In this document: piece after piece, positions 58,231 to 64,000 of the stretch
Layout of the letters: each line of letters begins with the position of its first letter
Numbering within the stretch: position 1 is the first letter of the stretch
DNA from: Candidatus Bathyarchaeota archaeon
Lineage (GTDB): Archaea; Thermoproteota; Bathyarchaeia; Bathyarchaeales; Bathycorpusculaceae
Reading direction: 5' to 3'
DNA length: 64,000 bases
Assembly: GCA_963702095.1 (NCBI GenBank)
Contig: OY969706.1
Location: forward strand, 320,001-384,000
The notes under the pieces: model-generated
Seen by the model: only the letters and a program-made list of their open reading frames with translations
Databases searched by the model: none
What the model was told of the DNA's origin: nothing
Translations under genes and position numbers: made by a program

Positions 58231-59508
58231 ATGGTAGACGTCAGACCCTTCAAAGCCCTAACTTACACGCCAAAAGCCGGCAAAACAGAAAACCTCATCA
58301 CACAGCCCTATGACAAAATCGACGTTGCCGCCCAGAAACGCTACTATGACCTTTCACCCTACAATTTTTGCCGCTTAATTCTGCCCCTTGAAGAAGACAA
58401 ATACCGTGTCGCCAAAGAACGCATCGACATGTGGCAAAGAGAAGGCGTTATGACCAAAGAAGCCCAACCCGCCATCTACGTTTCCCGCCAAACGTTTAGC
58501 TTAGAAGGCAAACGCTACTCCCGCACAGGCTTAATCGCGGCGCTACGGCTCTATCCCTACAATGAAAACATGGTTTACCCTCATGAACGCACCTACAAAG
58601 CCCCCAAAGCCGACCGCTTAAACATGCTGCGAACGGTCCAGAAGGATTTGGAACCTGTGTTTTTGATGTATCAAGACCCAGAAGCCCAGACTATCCGTTT
58701 TATGGATGAAGTCGCAAAAACCAAGCCGCAGATTGAGGTTACAGATGCCTTGGGGGTTCATCATTGGCTTTGGAAGGTGTCTGACCCACAGAAAATCCGT
58801 CAAATCCAAGCAGTTTTGGCGCCAAAAGCGATGGTTATCAACGACGGTCACCACCGCTACGAAAGTGCATTGGCGTACCGCGACGAAATGCGTGCAAAGG
58901 GCGTTTGGAGCGAGGATTCCGGGTTTAACTTTCACATGTGCTACATGGTGCCTGTGCAGGAAGAAGGATTGGTTGTGTTGCCCACTCATCGACTGCTAAA
59001 AAACTGCAAGTTAACCCCCGAAGTTCTTGGCAGTCTCAACTGCTTCTTTGACGTATTTGAAATCCCAGCGACGGTGGATGCCCTCGAAGGTTTCTTGGGC
59101 AGGCATGTCGGTGAACATGCTTTCTGTGTTTATGACGGTAAAAAAGCCTTTGGATTAACCCTAAAACACGACAAAGCTGTCTACGACTTCATAAACACCC
59201 ATGTGTCGAGGGAAACCAAGGTTTTCGATGTTGTGATTCTCCGTGACATCGTTTTTAAGCAGGTTTTGAAAACTGGAGAGTTGAATTTGGATGACACGAT
59301 TCTCTATGAACGTTGGGCTAAAGACGCAATGGCTAAAGTTGATCAGGGAGAAGCGTCTGTGGCGTTTTTGGTGAATCCGATTCCGGCGAAGACCGTGGCG
59401 GAGATTGCATTGCAACATGAGCTTTTGCCCGAGAAAAGCACTGATTTTTACCCTAAAATGGTGTCTGGCTTGGTGCTTATGGATATTTCTGCCGACGAAA
59501 AGCTCTAG
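58231..59508 (+). CDS. DUF1015-family protein
   Basis: PYD, PHE.T, I.DGHHRY..A, PTHR, KST.FYPK..SGL. Confidence 0.88.
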   Translation: MVDVRPFKALTYTPKAGKTENLITQPYDKIDVAAQKRYYDLSPYNFCRLILPLEEDKYRVAKERIDMWQREGVMTKEAQPAIYVSRQTFSLEGKRYSRTGLIAALRLYPYNENMVYPHERTYKAPKADRLNMLRTVQKDLEPVFLMYQDPEAQTIRFMDEVAKTKPQIEVTDALGVHHWLWKVSDPQKIRQIQAVLAPKAMVINDGHHRYESALAYRDEMRAKGVWSEDSGFNFHMCYMVPVQEEGLVVLPTHRLLKNCKLTPEVLGSLNCFFDVFEIPATVDALEGFLGRHVGEHAFCVYDGKKAFGLTLKHDKAVYDFINTHVSRETKVFDVVILRDIVFKQVLKTGELNLDDTILYERWAKDAMAKVDQGEASVAFLVNPIPAKTVAEIALQHELLPEKSTDFYPKMVSGLVLMDISADEKL

Positions 59509-59600
59509 GCCGCAATTGAGTTAGCGATTATTTGATGCAAAGTATTATTTAGCCCTACCTTGAATAGGGTTTAACATGACAAAGAGAGGAGAATCTCGGT

Positions 59601-60329
59601 ATGACTGAAGTGGAGAAACCAGCATCTGTACCAGAATCCATCAAACCAACAACCCGGTATCTTGCCGAACTCATCGGAACCATGGTTTTAGTGTTGATAG
59701 GCTGCGGCAGCGCAGTAATTGCAGGCGGTTACACGGGGGTAGGCTATGCTTACCTAAGCATTGCTTTTGCCTTCGGCTTAGCTGTGTTAGTGATGGTTTA
59801 TGCCATCGGCGGAATTTCAGGTTGCCACATAAACCCTGCAATCACGGTTTCTATGTTGGTTGCCAAAAAAATAGGCGTTAAAGACGCTGCATTCTACATT
59901 GTCTTCCAATGCATCGGCGCAGTGATTGGCGCAGGCATACTCTATGCAATCGCAGTGGGCACTCCGATTTTCAACATCAACGTAACAGGCTTAGGCCAAA
60001 ACGGCTACGGCAGCGCTTCTATGGCTAATTACAATCTGCTCTCAGCTTTGATCTCTGAGATTGTGTTAAGCTTCATCTTCATATTGGTTGTGCATGGCGC
60101 AACGCATCAACGTGTGCCCAAGGGCTTCGCAGGATTAGCCATCGGCTTGTCATTGACCATGGTTCACATAATAGGCATACCCATCACGGGAACATCGGTT
60201 AACCCCGCGAGAAGTCTGGGTCCAGCGGTTTTTGTGGGCGGATTGGCGCTGGAGCAGCTGTGGTTGTTCTTGGTTGCCCCCATCATAGGTGGCATCATAG
60301 CTGCGTTGGTGTGGAGAGCCTTCAAATAA
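59601..60329 (+). CDS. aqpZ: aquaporin (MIP family)
   Basis: SGCHINPA and GTSVNPARS NPA boxes. Confidence 0.9.
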   Translation: MTEVEKPASVPESIKPTTRYLAELIGTMVLVLIGCGSAVIAGGYTGVGYAYLSIAFAFGLAVLVMVYAIGGISGCHINPAITVSMLVAKKIGVKDAAFYIVFQCIGAVIGAGILYAIAVGTPIFNINVTGLGQNGYGSASMANYNLLSALISEIVLSFIFILVVHGATHQRVPKGFAGLAIGLSLTMVHIIGIPITGTSVNPARSLGPAVFVGGLALEQLWLFLVAPIIGGIIAALVWRAFK

Positions 60330-60360
60330 AAAACTGAAAATTTAAAATCCTTTTTCTTTT

Positions 60361-60507
60361 TTATTTCACGAATTTTGTAGGTTGACGCTTGAAACGCTTC
60401 TTGCACACTAAACTGCAGAAATGGTAAGTTTCGCCATCATAAGAAATCTTAAACTTCGCAGTGTTCTCGTCGAGAACTGCTCCGCAAACTGGGTCTCTCA
60501 TCGACAT
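60361..60507 (-). CDS. YHS/TRASH domain protein
   Basis: DPVCG...Y.G.TYHFCS..CK..F...P. Confidence 0.85.
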   Translation of the reverse strand: MSMRDPVCGAVLDENTAKFKISYDGETYHFCSLVCKKRFKRQPTKFVK

Positions 60508-60672
60508 TGGTAGTGTTATAGCCTCAGTGCACAAATCGCTGTTCACGCATTTATGGTTAGTGGTGCCCGCCGAGTGAATTGACCTTTTTTTCTTTGGCGG
60601 TTTTGTGGAAAAACGGTTTTTTGGGCAGTTTTCGTGGGTTTAACCTCAGATTGGTTGATGCTTCTGTATACA

Positions 60673-60997
60673 GCGAGGCTCTGCTGCTCTGCCGACCTCT
60701 CCCCTCCCCTATAAGCGTTGAATTGTTTTTCTCTTTTTATGTGGGTGTGGCGTTTTGCGGGGTGCCACAAGATGGCAGTTGGGGGCGTTTGTGTTTTGGG
60801 GTTGCAACGGTTTTCTTTGTCTGTTTTGGTGTGGGAAGTGCGTTTTCTTCCACATGCGGTGCATGGACGCATGTTGCGGTGGACTGCATGTGTATGTGGG
60901 GGCATGTATCGTTTGTTTTTTTAGCGAGCAGTAAGTGGCAATGACGGCGCAATGCAGTCGGGTACTGGTGGCTCATTCAGGCAGGTTAAGCCATATC
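60673..60997 (-). repeat. dispersed repeat family B, copy B3
   Basis: Colinear with 43625-43935 and with the reverse complement of 6699-6880. Confidence 0.85.
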
Positions 60998-61071
60998 ATG
61001 CCCCTAAACCGCCAAAAGCCAGAGCCAACCGCCGCTTTAACGAATTTGAGCACAGAAAACGGCAAGTTTCC

Positions 61072-62331
61072 CTATTTGCGTTTCTTCAACAAAACAACCA
61101 CAAAAGCAACCAAAACAACCCCAACCACCACCGAAACCAAAGCAGCCGCAGCAAAAGGAAACGACTCCAAAACATCAAAAGTCAAGGTTTCAGAAGCACC
61201 AATATTACCATACGAATCATTAGCGAAAACCCTAATGCTATGGGCCCCGCTTGAGAGTCCAGTTAGGCTGGTGTTGCCTGTTACAGTGACGTTTTGTTGT
61301 CCATCGAGGCTGTAGCCTGTCCAGTTGACGAGTTTGGCTTGGGAGATAACGTCGATTGTAAACGAAAGAGGCAGAGTTGTGTTCTGGTATGTTTGGTTGA
61401 TTGGCGATTGCATGGTTATTTGGGGCGGGGTTGTCTGCAAAGCAAAAAACGTGCTGTTGAAGGGCTCCTTAAGGGGATAATGGTCCACATTCTGTGAATC
61501 TATCAGGTATGGGGTGTCGCCGATTTTTGAGTTGTCTATCTCTGTTGCGTTGGGATATTTGTGATGGTAGTCAATCCAGTAGTTTCCGCCACCGGGAAAG
61601 CCGAGGTCCCACACGTTAGATGAGTTATAAATGCTAACCTGATCAGACCATAAAATGAATATCGCGTTCCTAATGTTGTTGTGAACTATGGTGTTGTTGG
61701 ATGCTTGGTCAAACGCCATTGTTGGACCGATTAAATCAGTTACGTCATCGATTATGGTGTTTTCGGCAACAAGATTATTCTGGGTTTTATACAAGTATAT
61801 CCCGAATTGGTTGTCTCTGAGGTTATTTCTTATAATCGTGTTTGAGTTTCCGCCTTCAACTCGGATTCCAGCATACGTTTTCCCGCCGACGCTCTGAAAT
61901 TCGTCAATTCCCCGCATGTTTTGTATTGTGTTGTTGGTTACGGTTACGTTTGATGAGTCCTTCACGAGAATTCCATTATACCCATGCGGTTCGGCGTTAT
62001 AGACCACAATTTTCATCTCAAAGTTCTCTACCGTAACATTGTAAACGGTACTTAGCAAAACTTGGCCACCCATGAACCCGTTGCCGTCAATCACACAATT
62101 GTTTTTTTCTACGGTTAATGATCCAGCAAGGTTGTTTGCTGTATTATTCAGGTCGCCTGTTAACGTATAAGTGTCACCTGTTTGTGCGATGAGGGTTGTT
62201 GGTGGGGTTATGCTGCCGTCGCTGTTTATGGTGATGTCGCCTTGGTACTGGGCATCGGCTGGCAGAAAACACGCCCCATCCAGAGCGATTAAGCCGATGA
62301 GGATCAGGACTACGATAACCTTTTTCTTCAT
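61072..62331 (-). CDS. NosD/parallel beta-helix surface protein with Ig-like domain and TM anchor
   Basis: Signal peptide, I.INSDGSI, N-rich beta-helix repeats, GNYW.DY, IGDTPY.ID..N.DHYPL, YSLDG, TM plus KKRK. Confidence 0.85.
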   Translation of the reverse strand: MKKKVIVVLILIGLIALDGACFLPADAQYQGDITINSDGSITPPTTLIAQTGDTYTLTGDLNNTANNLAGSLTVEKNNCVIDGNGFMGGQVLLSTVYNVTVENFEMKIVVYNAEPHGYNGILVKDSSNVTVTNNTIQNMRGIDEFQSVGGKTYAGIRVEGGNSNTIIRNNLRDNQFGIYLYKTQNNLVAENTIIDDVTDLIGPTMAFDQASNNTIVHNNIRNAIFILWSDQVSIYNSSNVWDLGFPGGGNYWIDYHHKYPNATEIDNSKIGDTPYLIDSQNVDHYPLKEPFNSTFFALQTTPPQITMQSPINQTYQNTTLPLSFTIDVISQAKLVNWTGYSLDGQQNVTVTGNTSLTGLSSGAHSIRVFANDSYGNIGASETLTFDVLESFPFAAAALVSVVVGVVLVAFVVVLLKKRK

Positions 62332-62548
62332 TCTTGGGTCAATTTCTCTGAGGATCGATTTGTTATAAAGCCTTTTTCGTCAGGGTTTCTTGACTAAGAG
62401 CTGTTTTTCTTGTTTAGAGCTTAGCCTCGCTTAATGTGCAGAAAAGCGAATTAATCTGGGATGCGGTGGCTTCTCTTCGATAAAGCTTTAAATTCTGCGT
62501 AGGTCAGAGAACATGTGCAAACCAGCCTTTTGGGTTGGTTCTTTATGT

Positions 62549-62665
62549 GCCGGGGTCTCCTAGCCCGGCAGGGAGCAAGCCTGGAGATAACACTCTTCAG
62601 GGTGTGACCTGTTAGCTTGTGGCGCTTTCGGGGCCTTGGGGGTTCAAATCCCCCTCCCGGCGCCA
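62549..62665 (+). tRNA. tRNA-Ser(GGA) with a 27-nt intron (62587-62613) at position 37/38
   Basis: GCCGGGG/TCCCGGC acceptor, CAAGC/GCTTG anticodon stem, CT-GGA-G, relaxed bulge-helix-bulge, long variable arm, GGTTCAAATCC, encoded CCA. Confidence 0.9.
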
Positions 62666-62667
62666 TA

Positions 62668-63064
62668 TCAAATCCACATTCTTCTGGCTTCTTTTATCAA
62701 ATCAAAATGCAGATCATCAGAAATTACTCTCGCTTGGTTCCTTATTGCAGTGGCAGCAATGATGCAATCACCTATCGAGATGTCGCTGTGAATGCTTTTC
62801 AGAATGCCCGCCTCTTTTGCTAACGATGGAGTAAGCGCTTCAAGGGTCAAGCCACTTGAGGAGTGAAAGATAAACTAAGTCAGCTTTTTCCTTGCCTTCT
62901 TTTGTGTATGTTAAGCGGATTGTTTCGCTAATCGCAATTGTTGGGATTATTCCTTCCTTTGTCTCAGTGAGTTCTTCTATCTTTCTAGTTATTTTCCGTC
63001 GGGTGTTCTCGTCTTTGGTGTAGAAATATTGGATTAGGAGGCGGCTGTCTAAGACTTGTCTCAG
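62668..63064 (-). pseudogene. vapC: PIN-domain (VapC) toxin, frameshifted at about 62858
   Basis: 5' frame (CTG) RQVLDSRLL...IPTIAISE; 3' frame ISIGDCIIAATA..VISDD.HF; frames differ at ctcctc|aagtggc. Confidence 0.75.
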
Positions 63065-63066
63065 AG

Positions 63067-63291
63067 CTAGTATTCCTCGCGCATTTTATCGATTTCTTTT
63101 TTGAGTTCCTCGACATCGGCGTGTCCCGCAAATATTCCTGCCAGTTCGGTAAGGCGTGGGATTCGTTTGAACAGGACCCCTTCTTGGGTTGCCTCGACCA
63201 TGAGTTCGTCGCCTTCTTCTATTCCTAGTTGCTCTCGGATTTCTATAGGAATAGTGGTTTGCCCTTTTCTGGTTACTTTTACTTTTTGCAT
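63067..63291 (-). CDS. AbrB/MazE/SpoVT-family antitoxin (VapB)
   Basis: KVTRKGQTTIP.EIRE.LGI.EGD. Confidence 0.9.
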   Translation of the reverse strand: MQKVKVTRKGQTTIPIEIREQLGIEEGDELMVEATQEGVLFKRIPRLTELAGIFAGHADVEELKKEIDKMREEY

Positions 63292-63409
63292 TCTAAGTCC
63301 TGAATTAAATAGAGAATACTACATATAAAAAAAATTTTACTGCATTCATCAATTGTGCTACTGAGAAACATAAAAATTTCGGCAACTTTTCCTATTTTAG
63401 CCCGCAAGA

Positions 63410-63432
63410 GTTCAAATCCCTTCCCGGCGCCA
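63410..63432 (+). repeat. duplicated tRNA-Ser 3' end (att-like site)
   Basis: GTTCAAATCCCTTCCCGGCGCCA versus tRNA 62642-62665 GTTCAAATCCCCCTCCCGGCGCCA. Confidence 0.8.
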
Positions 63433-63445
63433 ATCTCACAAATTT

Positions 63446-63883
63446 TTACCATGCTCCGTTGGTTCCACGTACCTCAAAATGCTCATCCGTGGCGATATGG
63501 TCGAATGTCATTTGGACAGAAATATGTGCACCATCGTTGGAGACAATGTAGCGGTCGGGGGTTTGTTCATAATACTTCCAGACCAAAGTGATGTTGCCCC
63601 CGAGGAGCTCAGTTGGGAAGGTTACGCGGAACATAACGGTTTTGCTGCAGGAGCCTATGAAGTCAATTGAAATGAACTTCGAACCGGTCGAGGAGTTGGA
63701 TAGGGAAACCTCGGGAGGGGAATTCCAGTTGGTGCATATGGTTACGGGGTAGGTTTTGTCTCCGACGGCGATGGGGTAGGTGTACTGTTTGGCTGCGGCT
63801 ATTTCGTACCAGAGAAGCCCCGCAGTCAATGATAGGATTATGGCAGCCGCTGCAAGGGGTATCGCTATTTTTTTCTTTTTCAT
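63446..63883 (-). CDS. secreted or membrane-anchored hypothetical protein
   Basis: KKKK plus hydrophobic N-terminal helix; VTFP.ELLGG. Confidence 0.7.
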   Translation of the reverse strand: MKKKKIAIPLAAAAIILSLTAGLLWYEIAAAKQYTYPIAVGDKTYPVTICTNWNSPPEVSLSNSSTGSKFISIDFIGSCSKTVMFRVTFPTELLGGNITLVWKYYEQTPDRYIVSNDGAHISVQMTFDHIATDEHFEVRGTNGAW

Positions 63884-64000
63884 AGCTTCCGATATGAGGA
63901 GTTACCTTTCTAAAAGGTATTTCTTATTTTGCTCATAAACGCTCACAAGCAACAGCACGGCATCAAAAAAGGGATAAAAAGCTACTTCTATGCCCTATTT

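Noticed and set aside
1400-60997. Repeats as a CRISPR array or classical MITE
   Set aside because: Copies are dispersed rather than tandem, their middles are homologous rather than unique spacers, and no cas genes, terminal inverted repeats or target duplications are visible.

Overview
Archaeal chromosomal segment, most likely Bathyarchaeia. This is inferred from the gene set: SMC-ScpA-ScpB, SepF, thermosome, aIF5B, aCPSF1/FttA beside proteasome beta, and membrane-anchored Kelch, NosD and beta-propeller-type surface proteins. It is mostly housekeeping: condensin operon, split archaeal glutamate-synthase operon, eno-rps2-MEMO1, the lower modified mevalonate pathway (mvk, AMP decarboxylase, PMDh L/S, ipk, idi2, GGPPS) followed by gltX-srp19, ABCE1, DinB, queT-queC, aminotransferase-serA-DUF1015, tRNA-Glu(CTC) and intron-containing tRNA-Ser(GGA). 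The unusual signals are outside the ORF track. (1) Two families of dispersed, diverged 140-320 bp intergenic repeats (about 9 copies in 64 kb) have conserved and partly covarying hairpins, and two copies sit at breaks in the conserved archaeal gene order. (2) A structured 5' leader of queT-queC can pair with its own Shine-Dalgarno sequence, a candidate archaeal 7-deazaguanine riboswitch. (3) Unannotated microproteins include a 22-aa Glu/Trp peptide with a perfect SD and a 48-aa ORF coupled to the glutamate-synthase operon. (4) A VapBC mini-islet is bounded by a duplicated tRNA-Ser 3' end. Five genes show 1-2 nt frame anomalies that are most simply assembly errors; these include the apparent S2-MEMO1 fusion. 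All product calls are motif recognition by eye; no searches were run.
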